From positions 2,272,001 through 2,336,000 of the forward strand of contig OZ244999.1 in the NCBI GenBank assembly GCA_965223265.1: 64,000 nt of DNA, given 5' to 3'. This document shows positions 29,552 to 40,000 of the stretch, one piece after another (within the stretch, counting starts at the first letter, position 1; every line of letters begins with the position of its first letter). The DNA is from Planctomycetota bacterium. GTDB taxonomy: Bacteria; Planctomycetota; UBA8108; SXIK01. Made by a program: the position numbers and the translations under genes. Below the pieces are notes generated by a model that was not told the DNA's origin, made no database searches, and saw nothing but the letters and a program-made list of their open reading frames with translations.

Positions 29552-30041
29552 CGTTTGGACCTCCGTCCGTTCTGTCGGTGTTCGCGTCCGAAAGAGAGCG
29601 TCGTCCTGTACCGCCGGGGCGACAGTTTCGTTCGCGGTGCGTTTCGTTTGATTGCTGGGCAACATTCTACACCAACCGCAGTGCACGTCGATCGGCTGCA
29701 CTCAACAAGGACGCTTGAGGGCGAGCGAGTGATGAAGACGCGAGCGCAGTCGGGTCTGGAGCACAAGTACCGGGCCCAAGCACTTGGATTTCGCTATCGT
29801 TTCGAAACAGGCTAGTTCGCCACCAGCAAACCCTTGACAGCGGGGGGCGATCTATAGAGGCTGGTCCTGTTCTGTCTTCGGGGAGACGCTTGCGAATCCC
29901 CGTAAGCGCTTTTGTGATCGTCAGTTCGCGCGATCGTGACGCAGGTGATCGAGGCTGGGGCGGCCGGGGAGCGGTAGATTTTCTGAGGGGCGCAAGGTCT
30001 TGGCGCTGGCGCGGGCGGACAGCGGCACGAAATAGGAGACA

Positions 30042-31142
30042 ATGAAACCACTACTTGTTTTCGGCGCCCGCCCGAACTTCATGAAGATCGCCCCTGTCTA
30101 TCGGGAGATGAAGGGGCGACAGCAGGTCGAGCCGCTTCTGATTCACACCGGTCAGCACTTCGACCGCGAGATGTCAGAGAGTTTTATCGAGGCGTTGTCA
30201 CTGCCGTCACCGGACTACCACTTGGCCGTCGCGGGTGGTTCGCAAGCGTTTCAGATCGCCGAGGTGATGAAGAAGCTCGAGCCGATCATTGAAACGGAGA
30301 CCCCTGATGTAACGGTCGTCGTCGGGGACGTCAACGCAACCATCGCCGCCGCGTTAGTGTCCTCGACGCATTCGGTACCTGTCGCCCACGTCGAGGCCGG
30401 GCTGCGCAGTCGTGACTGGGCCATGCCGGAGGAGCGCAACCGTCTCGTGACCGATCGACTGTCAGCCTATCTTCTGACACCGTCGCCGGACGCCGACGAG
30501 AATCTGCGCGCGGAAGGTTTCCACCCATCGAGGATTTTTCGCGTCGGCAACGTCATGATCGACTCACTCGACGCAATTCAGAAGACGCTGCCGCACGAGG
30601 ACGTGCTCAGGAGGTTTCAGGTAGAGCCCCACACTTACGCGCTCACGACGCTTCATCGACCGAGCAACGTCGACAACGTTGAGACACTCACCGGGATACT
30701 GGACGCTCTGAGCGACGTGAACGAGCAAGTGCCGATCCTGTTTCCCATTCATCCTCGCACACGCAAGTCGATCGAGAACTTTGGGCTCCAAGAACGCTGC
30801 CGGAATTTCCGGCAGTTGCCGCCGCTCAGCTATCCCGAGTTCGTTTCTCTCATGACGCATGCGACGATGGTATTAACGGATTCCGGGGGAATTCAGGAAG
30901 AGGCGATCGTCCTGGGGGTACCCTGCATCACTTTGCGTGAGAACACCGAACGGCCGATTACGGTCGAGCTCGGCGGCAATCGTTTGGTTGGCATCGACCC
31001 AGACAAGATCCGGCACGCGGCCAGCGAAGTCCTCGCGGGAGCACGGCCCAAGCCGATACGGCCTGAATTGTGGGATGGTCGAGCTGCGGGGCGCATCGTC
31101 GATGTGCTGCAGAACGAATCGCCGTCGGAGATCATGTCGTGA
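30042..31142 (+). CDS. wecB: UDP-N-acetylglucosamine 2-epimerase (second paralog)
   Basis: 'GARPNFMKIAP', 'HTGQH', 'VGDVN', 'HVEAGLRS', 'MPEE.NR', 'TDSGGIQEE', 'NTERP'. Confidence 0.93.
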   Translation: MKPLLVFGARPNFMKIAPVYREMKGRQQVEPLLIHTGQHFDREMSESFIEALSLPSPDYHLAVAGGSQAFQIAEVMKKLEPIIETETPDVTVVVGDVNATIAAALVSSTHSVPVAHVEAGLRSRDWAMPEERNRLVTDRLSAYLLTPSPDADENLRAEGFHPSRIFRVGNVMIDSLDAIQKTLPHEDVLRRFQVEPHTYALTTLHRPSNVDNVETLTGILDALSDVNEQVPILFPIHPRTRKSIENFGLQERCRNFRQLPPLSYPEFVSLMTHATMVLTDSGGIQEEAIVLGVPCITLRENTERPITVELGGNRLVGIDPDKIRHAASEVLAGARPKPIRPELWDGRAAGRIVDVLQNESPSEIMS

Positions 31143-32002
31143 CCTTCACGTCCCGGACGCCGAGTCCGGAGTCGAATCCGCCGACTGTTGCATCTGTGCC
31201 GGTTCGGAACCTTTTCGATGTCCCTGTCCATGCCGCAACGATGGAGCAGGCACTTTCAATCTGTGAGGAGAGCGTCGCGAATCGCAAGAAGTTGATGATC
31301 GGTGTCGTCAACGCAGCGAAGATCGTCAACATGCGGAAGGATCCACTGCTGCGGCAGTCGGTTGTCGAGTCGGACGTTGTTTTTGCTGACGGCATGTCCA
31401 TCGTGGTGGCAAGTCGCCTTCTTGGTCAGTCACTTCCCGAGCGCGTCACTGGTATCGATCTGTTCGAGCGGCTCCTGAAGCTCGCCGACGAGCGTGGCTA
31501 CGGGGTCTATTTTCTCGGTGCCAAGCACGAAGTTCTTGACGAAGTCGTAGCCCGCGTGCGAGCGACGTACCCCGGCGTCCGCATTGCCGGTAGTCGCGAC
31601 GGATACTTTTCCGAAGACGAGTCAGACAACGTCGCCGCGGCCATCAGCGCGACGCGCCCTGACATGCTGTTCGTCGCCATGAGTCCACCGAAGAAGGAGA
31701 TTTTCCTCGGTCGTTACGGGACCGAGATGGACGTGTCGCTGTGCCATGGCGTCGGCGGTTCGTTTGATGTGTTCGCCGGCAAAACCAAGCGTGCCCCGGC
31801 CTTCTTCCAAAAGCTCTGTCTCGAATGGCTGTACCGCATCATCCAAGAGCCGAAGCGTATGTGGCGACGCTACCTTGTGACGAATTCCGTGTTCATGGGG
31901 CTCTTCGTGCGTGCGTTTTGCCACCGGTGGTTCTGGCCACGGCGCCGAGGCGAAGTGGTTGGGCCGACAGACGACTTTGGTGAGTCGGATGCCAAGTCAT
32001 AG
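31139..32002 (+). CDS. WecB/TagA/CpsF (WecG-type, GT26) glycosyltransferase
   Basis: 'ADGMSIV', 'ERVTGIDL', 'GSRDGYF', 'GVGGSFDV.AG..KRAP', 'LEWLYR..QEP.R.WRRY'; GTGA overlap with wecB. Confidence 0.93.
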   Translation: MTFTSRTPSPESNPPTVASVPVRNLFDVPVHAATMEQALSICEESVANRKKLMIGVVNAAKIVNMRKDPLLRQSVVESDVVFADGMSIVVASRLLGQSLPERVTGIDLFERLLKLADERGYGVYFLGAKHEVLDEVVARVRATYPGVRIAGSRDGYFSEDESDNVAAAISATRPDMLFVAMSPPKKEIFLGRYGTEMDVSLCHGVGGSFDVFAGKTKRAPAFFQKLCLEWLYRIIQEPKRMWRRYLVTNSVFMGLFVRAFCHRWFWPRRRGEVVGPTDDFGESDAKS

Positions 32003-33170
32003 TCCCTCCGTCGGCGCCGATCCCTCGTTCGACGGCATCATCTGTATGGGGGGCGGTGATTGGTGGTATCACAACCGCGGCCACTATGACATGCGCATGA
32101 TGACGGAACTGAGTGCGCGCCTACCGGTTCTCTACGTCAACTCGATCGGTGTGCGAATTCCTCGTTTGACGGAAGGCCGCATGTTTTTCACGCGCGTGCG
32201 TCGAAAGCTCAAGAGCCTCCGGCGGGGGTTCCGACAGGTGAACGAGCGATTCGCGGTGTTCACGCCGTTCGCTGTTCCCGGTAGATTGGGCGTCGCTGTG
32301 TCTCGGCGTTTGCTCGCGAGTCAGGTCGCACGAGCCGGCCGCAGGATTGGGATTCGGCGACCCCTCGTGTGGGTGACATGTCCGCCAGGAGCCGAAGTCG
32401 TCCGGCGGTTGAACCCTCCGGCCGTTGTTTACCAGCGGACCGATCGCTGGGAGGCGTTCCCGAGCGCCGACGCCGAGCAGATCAAGCGCTACGATGCATT
32501 CCTGAAATCTAGAGCGGACGTGACGCTTTATTGTTCGACGCTGCTGTTCGAAGAGGAGGCTGATCAGTGCCGACACGGTCTCTACCTCGATCACGGTGTC
32601 GATTTCGACCGTTTCGCCGCTGCCGGGCGCGCTGAGAATGGTGCGCCGAGCGACGTCGATGCCCTGCCGCGGCCGCGCGTCGGTTTTATCGGCGGCATTG
32701 ACGATCACACGTTTGACCCGCCGCTCTTCGCGAACGTCGCCCAGGAACTCTCTGACGTACAGTTCTTTCTTGTGGGCGCTTGCTCGCTTCCCGAGGGCTG
32801 GTGCGAGCTGCCGAATGTGCATCTCCTCGGTCAGAGACCGTATGAGGATGTCCCTCAGTACATGGCTGCCGCTGACGTGCTGATCATGCCATGGAATCAG
32901 AGTGAGTGGATCCAGGCCTGTAACCCCGTGAAGCTCAAAGAGTACCTCGCGGTCGCGCGGCCGATCGTCACGACGAGTTTTTACGAACTGCGGAACTACG
33001 ACGGCCTCGTCAGCGTTGCACGAGATGCCGGAGAATTCGCGCAGGCGATCCGCGCTGGGCTAGCGTCGCGCATCGATCCGGAGCTTCAGCGTCGTCGTGT
33101 GGAGAAGGAAACTTGGTCGGCCAAGTGCGATCGTCTGCTGGACTTTTTTACGTCTGCGAACTTGACGTAG
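31989..33170 (+). CDS. Glycosyltransferase (GT4-like, TuaH-like)
   Basis: 'HGVDFDRF', 'PRVGFIG', 'NVHLLGQRPY', 'NPVKLKEYLA..RPIV'. Confidence 0.88.
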   Translation: MPSHSPSVGADPSFDGIICMGGGDWWYHNRGHYDMRMMTELSARLPVLYVNSIGVRIPRLTEGRMFFTRVRRKLKSLRRGFRQVNERFAVFTPFAVPGRLGVAVSRRLLASQVARAGRRIGIRRPLVWVTCPPGAEVVRRLNPPAVVYQRTDRWEAFPSADAEQIKRYDAFLKSRADVTLYCSTLLFEEEADQCRHGLYLDHGVDFDRFAAAGRAENGAPSDVDALPRPRVGFIGGIDDHTFDPPLFANVAQELSDVQFFLVGACSLPEGWCELPNVHLLGQRPYEDVPQYMAAADVLIMPWNQSEWIQACNPVKLKEYLAVARPIVTTSFYELRNYDGLVSVARDAGEFAQAIRAGLASRIDPELQRRRVEKETWSAKCDRLLDFFTSANLT

Positions 33171-33422
33171 TTTTCTTGGCTGTAGGCCCAGATATTGCGC
33201 CGGTCGACAGTGCTGCGTCCAAACACCAACAAAGACCAGCAATCGATGGGCGAGTTCGCTGCGGAGACGGGGTATGGACGCAGCGCGTCCGTGTGAAGAG
33301 GAGGAGTTTTGGGGCCGAGGCGACTTCTGAGAAGGTGCGATTCCGCGTGCACGAGTCGCGACCATGCCTTACGATTGGCGTGGATTCGTGGTTCACTGGG
33401 AGTAAACCGGGACTATTTCACC

Positions 33423-36400
33423 ATGTTTTTTAGAAGTTCGCGTCGACAGCGACTCGCCGTGGCAATTCTGCTTACGGCGGTGTTCTCGTTTTTGGCTCAG
33501 CCTCCGGCGTGTCTTGCGCAGGGGCTTGTGATCTCAGAATTCATGGCTGCCAACGACATCGCCCTCTTCGACTCCGACGGCGACTCGTCGGACTGGGTCG
33601 AGGTCACCAACACGACGAATGCGCCGCTTGACCTTGATGGCTGGTCGCTTTCCGACAATCCTCAGCAGCTCAGGAAGTGGGTGTTTCCGCCGCTCGAACT
33701 CGCCGCGCGTGAGTCTCTTGTCGTTTTCGCCTCGTCGAAAGATCGACGCGCTCCGGGCAGTGAGCTGCACACGAATTTTAGGCTGAGCGGCGGCGGTGAG
33801 TTTCTGGCGCTTGTCGAGCCCAACGGCTCGACGATCGCGACTGAGTTTCGCCCGGAGTACCCGCAGCAGTTCGCGCACGCGTCTTACGGTTTTCCGATGC
33901 AGGTGGACGCAGTCGAGGCGCTCGGCAGTGGGCAGCTGTCCTACTTTGTGCCGCCGAACGACGACCTTGGAGCGTCGTGGATCGACGTCGGGTTCGATGA
34001 CACCGGATGGTCGAGCGGTGCGTTTCCTCTCGGGTTTGATTCAAAGGACACGCCGACGTTGGTGGTGAACACGGACGTCGGCGCCGAGATGCTCGAGGCG
34101 TCTGCGACGGCCTACGTTCGAATTCGTTTTGACGTCTCGGATCCAGCAGGACTCGACGCGTTGATTTTGAACATCAAATTCGACGATGGGTTTGTCGCGT
34201 ATCTGAATGGCCAGGAGGTTGCGCGGCGTCACGCGCCGCTCGAGCCCACAGCGGACGGTGCTGCCACGACAGAGGCGGCCGAGAACTCAGCGCTCTTCTT
34301 TGAACCGATCGATATCTCGACGTCGATCGGAAGCCTCCAGGCCAGCGGCAACGTCCTGGCGCTGTATGCGCTCAATCGCAGCCTGGCGAATCCTGACTTT
34401 TTCATCGACGCGGAACTGCATGGGCTGCGACTTCTCGGCGTTGACACGAGTACACCACGGTACTTTGAGCATCCGACACCTGGATGGCCGAACTCGAGTG
34501 GTGCTCCTGGTGTCGTTACAGAGCCACAGTTCTCCCATGTTGGTGCGGCGATTTCTGAACCGTTTTTCTTGGAAATCACAGCCGGCGATGGCGATCTCAT
34601 TCGGTTCACGACGGATCGAACCGAACCCACAGAGCTCTCCCCGCTCTACGAGGGACCGATTCGTATCGATGCGAGTATGGAGGTGAGGGCAAGGGCATTC
34701 GTCGCGGGCATGGTCCCGAGCCGGACAGTCCGAGAGGTGTTCGCCATGCTCGACGCAGACCTCGTCGACTTCAGCTCGGACCTACCGATCGTTGTTTTTA
34801 GCTCGTTCAGTGGACGGATCGAGCCGGTCGAGCCTGGAGACGGCCATCTGTTTATCTTCGAGCGTAGCGGCGATGGGAGGACGCGCTTGACACAACCGAC
34901 GGAGTTCGCGGGCGCTGGATTCATGCGGTCGCGGGGATCGAGTACCGCGCTGCATCCGAAGAAGTCGTGGCGGCTCGAGATCCGTGATGGGCGCGGCAAC
35001 GACCTGAACACTCCTGTTCTCGGCATGCCGGCTGAATCCGATTGGATTCTTTACGGTGCTCATCAGATTGATCCGTCGCTGATGCGCAACGCCTTCATGT
35101 ACGAGCTCAGCAATCAGATGGGACGGTATGCCGTGCGTGGACGTTTCTGCGAGGTGTTTCTGACCACGGTCACCAAAGATGTTGAACGTGCTGACTACGT
35201 CGGCGTTTACTCTTTTTTTGAGAAGGTGAAGCGGGATCCGGAGCGGATCGATATCGAGGCGTTGCGCGTCGATCACAACACCGAACCCGAAGTGAGCGGT
35301 GGGTACATCTTGAAGTTCGATCGCGGCGGCCCAGACGATCGACAGATCGACGCCGGGGGCGCGTCGCCTCTCGTCGTCTACCCGGAATCCGACGTGGTCA
35401 CGGATGCCCAGATTGATTGGATCACCGCATACATCGACTCGTTTGCCGCGTCATTCGATCTCCCTGGTTCGTTGGATCCCAGCTTGCCGGTTTTGCAAAA
35501 GCCCTACGCCGACTTCATCGATGTGGGCTCGTGGATCGATCACCACCTCTTGCAGGAGCTTTCGCGGAATTCCGACGCGCTGTCGCTGAGTACGTTCTTC
35601 TACAAAGACCGAGGCGGCAAGATGGTGAAAGGGCCGATCTGGGACTTTGATCGAGCTGTCGGGGCAGCGAGCACAGGAACATCGGTTCCGGAAGGATGGC
35701 AGTGCAATTTCGCTCACTCGTGGTGGGGGCAGATGTTTCGAGATCCTCTCTTTTGGCAGACCTACAAGGAGCGTTACCTTGAGCTGCGTACGAGTTCGTG
35801 GCGAACGGCGAATTTCGCTGCGATCCTAGACCAGTTCGAAACGGAAGTGGCCGAGGCCCAAGCGCGCAATTTCGACCATTGGGGGCACGAAGTGATCGAC
35901 CACGGATCGTGGGCTGGCGAAATCGAGTACTTGCGTGGGTGGCTTGCTGACCGCACTGCGTGGATGGACGCGCAGTTCATTTCGGCGCCGGTGTTCAGCA
36001 CTCCGCCCGGCCTCGTCGCCGCCGGAACCGAGGTGAACATCACGGTTGATGATAGTCTGCCGGGATTGAACTGCGAAGAGTTTCGCGACATCGTCTTGCC
36101 GCAGCAAGGGGAAGTTTATTACACGACGAACGGAGCCGATCCGCGTGGTGCCGACTTCGCGCCAGACCCGAGCGCTGTGCTTTACACGGGTGAGCCGCTG
36201 CAGGTCAACGACGATACACTTTTCCGCGCCCGGACCCTGGACGGCGGCGGCTGGAGCCGTCTTGCCGAAGCTGGCTACGTCACGTCGCTAGCGCCGCTCG
36301 TCGTCACCGAGGTGATGTACAACCCGGCGGTTAAGCCCGAGGACAATTTTGGTGCCAGCAATTTTGAGTTCGTCGAACTACAGAACGTCGGCGACGTACC

Positions 36401-37082
36401 GGTATCGCTCGTCGGAGTCGAACTCGCCGCGGTGGGTGTGACGTTTGACGGAATGGATGTGTTCGGTGGCGAGTTGTTGACCTTGGCGCCCGGAGGGTAC
36501 GTGGTCGTTGTCCGTAATGTTGAAGCCTTCACCGCGCGCTACGGCAGCGATGGGATCAGGATCGGCAGTACCTTTGCCGCCGGAAAGACGCTGTCGAACT
36601 CCGAGCAAGAGCTGGCGGTGACCGGGGCGTTTGGCGAGGACTTACTTCGCTTTCGCTACTTGGACGATTGGCAACCCACAACGGACGGCGGCGGCTATTC
36701 GTTAGTGATTCTCGATCCCACCGCGCCGCGAGAGAGCTGGGCCGACGGATCCAGTTGGCGAGCGAGCAGCAGTATCGACGGTTCTCCAGGCCGGGCCGAT
36801 CCGGTGCCGGACAGCCTGCAGCTTCCCGCCGACATCAATCAAGACCGCAAGCTTGATCTCTCCGACCCGATTGCGCTTCTCGCGCATCTGTTCCGGGGCA
36901 TCCAGAGCCGGCCATGCGCGACGGATGAGGCCAACGACTTGCTCAACGACTCCAACGGCGACAGCACGGTCGATCTTGCCGATGCGACCTACACGCTGCT
37001 GCATTTGTTTGCGTCCGGACCACCGCCGACGCTCGGCAGTGGGTGCGTGCCAATCGAGGGCTGCCCGTCTCTATGTGAGTGA
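33423..37082 (+). CDS. Secreted CotH kinase protein with lamin-tail domains, beta-sandwich insert, Fn3-associated/chitobiase-like domains and dockerin
   Basis: Signal peptide; LTD 'VISEFMAAN...DWVE', 'HTNFRLS'; CotH 'RGSST...PKKSWRLE', 'DWIL', 'MRNAFMY', 'GPIWDFDR'; C-terminal 'DINQDRKLDLSDPI'. Confidence 0.88.
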   Translation: MFFRSSRRQRLAVAILLTAVFSFLAQPPACLAQGLVISEFMAANDIALFDSDGDSSDWVEVTNTTNAPLDLDGWSLSDNPQQLRKWVFPPLELAARESLVVFASSKDRRAPGSELHTNFRLSGGGEFLALVEPNGSTIATEFRPEYPQQFAHASYGFPMQVDAVEALGSGQLSYFVPPNDDLGASWIDVGFDDTGWSSGAFPLGFDSKDTPTLVVNTDVGAEMLEASATAYVRIRFDVSDPAGLDALILNIKFDDGFVAYLNGQEVARRHAPLEPTADGAATTEAAENSALFFEPIDISTSIGSLQASGNVLALYALNRSLANPDFFIDAELHGLRLLGVDTSTPRYFEHPTPGWPNSSGAPGVVTEPQFSHVGAAISEPFFLEITAGDGDLIRFTTDRTEPTELSPLYEGPIRIDASMEVRARAFVAGMVPSRTVREVFAMLDADLVDFSSDLPIVVFSSFSGRIEPVEPGDGHLFIFERSGDGRTRLTQPTEFAGAGFMRSRGSSTALHPKKSWRLEIRDGRGNDLNTPVLGMPAESDWILYGAHQIDPSLMRNAFMYELSNQMGRYAVRGRFCEVFLTTVTKDVERADYVGVYSFFEKVKRDPERIDIEALRVDHNTEPEVSGGYILKFDRGGPDDRQIDAGGASPLVVYPESDVVTDAQIDWITAYIDSFAASFDLPGSLDPSLPVLQKPYADFIDVGSWIDHHLLQELSRNSDALSLSTFFYKDRGGKMVKGPIWDFDRAVGAASTGTSVPEGWQCNFAHSWWGQMFRDPLFWQTYKERYLELRTSSWRTANFAAILDQFETEVAEAQARNFDHWGHEVIDHGSWAGEIEYLRGWLADRTAWMDAQFISAPVFSTPPGLVAAGTEVNITVDDSLPGLNCEEFRDIVLPQQGEVYYTTNGADPRGADFAPDPSAVLYTGEPLQVNDDTLFRARTLDGGGWSRLAEAGYVTSLAPLVVTEVMYNPAVKPEDNFGASNFEFVELQNVGDVPVSLVGVELAAVGVTFDGMDVFGGELLTLAPGGYVVVVRNVEAFTARYGSDGIRIGSTFAAGKTLSNSEQELAVTGAFGEDLLRFRYLDDWQPTTDGGGYSLVILDPTAPRESWADGSSWRASSSIDGSPGRADPVPDSLQLPADINQDRKLDLSDPIALLAHLFRGIQSRPCATDEANDLLNDSNGDSTVDLADATYTLLHLFASGPPPTLGSGCVPIEGCPSLCE

Positions 37083-37094
37083 AAGACTGTTTAG

Positions 37095-40000
37095 GTGGAC
37101 TCGATGATGCGTAACCAGGTAGCCGCACTTTTTGTCTTGACGTTGTTCGCGTTGAGCGCGTTCCTTCATGAAGAGCTCCGCGCGGCCGACTGTAATGGTA
37201 ACTTCGTCGAAGATGCCAACGACATCGCGTCCGGCGACAGCCTGGACTGTAACGTCAACAGCGTGCCGGATGAGTGCGAAGGAGCGCCTCCTACGTTCGA
37301 TTCGGCGACGTCGTTGATCGCCCCGGGCGTCGGCTCGGATTCGGTGATTGCTGACTTCGACGGCGACGAGCGACCCGATCTTATGCTCGGATTCCGCGGT
37401 GGTTTCTCTGTTCGACTCAGCAGCACGGGTGGCGATTTTGTCGACCGTGAGGACGTCGTCTACGAGGCCGGCGGGCCGACACGCCGCAGTTGGCGAAGCG
37501 GAGACATCGACGGTGACGGTGATTTGGATCTGGTGACGATCGATTTCGCCGGTTTGCTCTTCTACTTCAACGATGGTGGCGGGGCTTTCAACGAATCGCG
37601 ATCGATCGCCAGCGACGGCGTCGGGCGGTTCGTCGTCGTCGACTTGAATGCGGACGCGGTGGCGGACATCGTCGCGGCCTTCCCGCGGCAGAACATCGTC
37701 GGCGTTTTTACGGCGCTCGGCGGCGGTGACTTTTCCGCGCGGGTCGACCATGCCGTCGGTGACAACCCTGTGGCCATCGTCGCTGGCGAGTTCGATGGTG
37801 TGGCTGGTGCCGACGTTGGCGTGCTCAGCACCGATGCGCGTGTGGTGACGATCTTCGCCAACGACGGCGCTGGCCGGTTGGTGGCTTCGGCCTCGGTTCC
37901 GGTCGCAAGGGACCCGACAGATGTCTTCGTGGCGGAGGATTTCAACGGTGATGGGTTCACCGACTTCGTCGTCGGTAGGAATTCGTTCGCACTTCTCTTC
38001 GAGAATGATGGCGCTGGCGGTTTTGTCGTGCCGCCCCAGGAGCTGACCTCCGACGCGGAGACAGTCGTCGCGATGGGCGCCGGCGACACCGACGGTGATG
38101 GTGACATCGACCTCGTCGCGCGCTTCGTCGAGCCGTCTCGGGAAGTGCAGTTTTATCTCAACCAAGGTGACGGCGTATTCAATCGAGGCCTGTCGGTGAA
38201 TCTTGTGGCTTCGACGACCTCGATTCGCGTTCAGGATCTCAGTGGAGACTCCGTGAGCGATGTGGTGATGGTCGGCTCTACGGTCAAAGAAGTGGTGGTC
38301 CTTTGGAACTCGCAGGATGAGACTCGCTTGCCTTTGTTGACTCCCCAAACCTACGAGGTTCTCGGGGAGCCCCACACGGCCGACCTAGGTGACATGGATG
38401 GCGACGGTGACCTCGATATCGTCACCGGAAACAACAACGACAACACGATCTCGGTCCTCTTGAACCAAGGCGACGGTACGTTTGTGCCGCGGCTAGATCG
38501 ACTTTCGCTGCAGTCGTTCTCGCTCGCATTGGCCGACCTAAACGGCGACGGTGCGCTCGATATCGCATCGGTAAACGCTGCACAGGCTGTTCATATCTTC
38601 TTGAACGACGGAACGTCGACAATGGGTGAGCCGGAGAAATATATCGTCGGTAGCAATGCCTTTCACATTCTTGTCGACGATCTGAACGGCGACGGCTCGG
38701 GTGACGTGGTGACGACGAATCGCGGCAGCAGTTCGATCTCTCTTCTCATGAATGCCGGCGATGGCACATTTTCCGATCGGAATGACTATCCTGTTGGTAG
38801 CGATCCGCGCGCTGCGGTTGCGGCGGATCTCGATCGCGACGGTTCCGTGGACATCGCGGTCGCCAGTCATGGCGCCGGCGCCGTCTATCGTCTTCTCAAC
38901 GACGGAAGCGGAGCTTTGGGAGTCGCGGAACAGTTTCCGATCGCCGATCGACCGAACTTCATCGCCGCCGGTGATTTTGACAACGACGGACATGTCGATC
39001 TGCTCACGGGGAGTGAACTCGGGTCCAGCGTCAATCCGCTCTGGAACGTCGGGGATGGAAGTGCCAACTTCGAGGTTGGCGCACGCGTCCGAACGAATAA
39101 CTCACCCTACTCGCTGACCACGGCCGACTACAACGAAGACGGGTTCGTCGACGTTGTCAGTGTTGCCGAGGTCGCCGATCGCGACGGGAACAGCAGTGTG
39201 GCTCTGATGCTGAACCGCGGCGATCGTGGCTTCAAGGCGCCGCTGAGCTTGCGCGCCGGCGTCGGGCCGCGTTACGTGCTCTCGGGAGACATCGACGCTG
39301 ACGGCGACATCGACATCATCAGCGCCAATCGATTGTCGCAGGACGTCACCGTCTTTCTCAGCGGTGTTGCGGAGAGTGCGACCGTCACGCATTTGAGCGA
39401 AGTCTGCACAGAGTCTGACTATTTCAGTATTTCATTGCCGACGAGTCGCAGCACGAACCGTCGTCGCATTGGCAAGTACGTCGCACCGTCACGCGATGGT
39501 GAGGGGTTGCTTGGCCCTCTGTTTCAAAACGCGAACACGTTCGAGTTGCACGAGGAGTTTCTCGGGACGGTATTCCCCGAGGAGTTTGGTTTTGTGCTGG
39601 AGGACCCGGCGGCGTACGACGACCTTGTGGGCCGGCGCGCAACGCGAGACTACTACGTCGGGACGCTGGATCTCCGCCAGCGTCCTGAGGGTTTTCTCTA
39701 CACGTTCAACATTTTCGCGGACACGGGTTTTGACAGCCGCGAGACGCTGAGCCAAGAGGAAGTGGGTTCGGTGTTCGAGCGTTTGAGCGCGTCTTTTTCG
39801 CTGCGTCCACTGGCGTACGCCCCTGAGACGCAGCTGGCAAAGGCAGCTGCAGAGGAGTGGGAGTCGGCACCGTTTCCGATTTTCTTTGACGACTCCCGTC
39901 CAGCGTTCGACTACGAGGCTTACACGCTGTCTGTGGGCTACGGTCGAGTGCGTTTGCTGACGCTGGAGGAGTTTTCGGAGCTGAACTCAGCGGGCCGTTT

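Noticed and set aside
27713-29815. 700-aa + strand ORF
   Set aside because: Antisense shadow of two well-supported minus-strand genes; no recognisable motifs.
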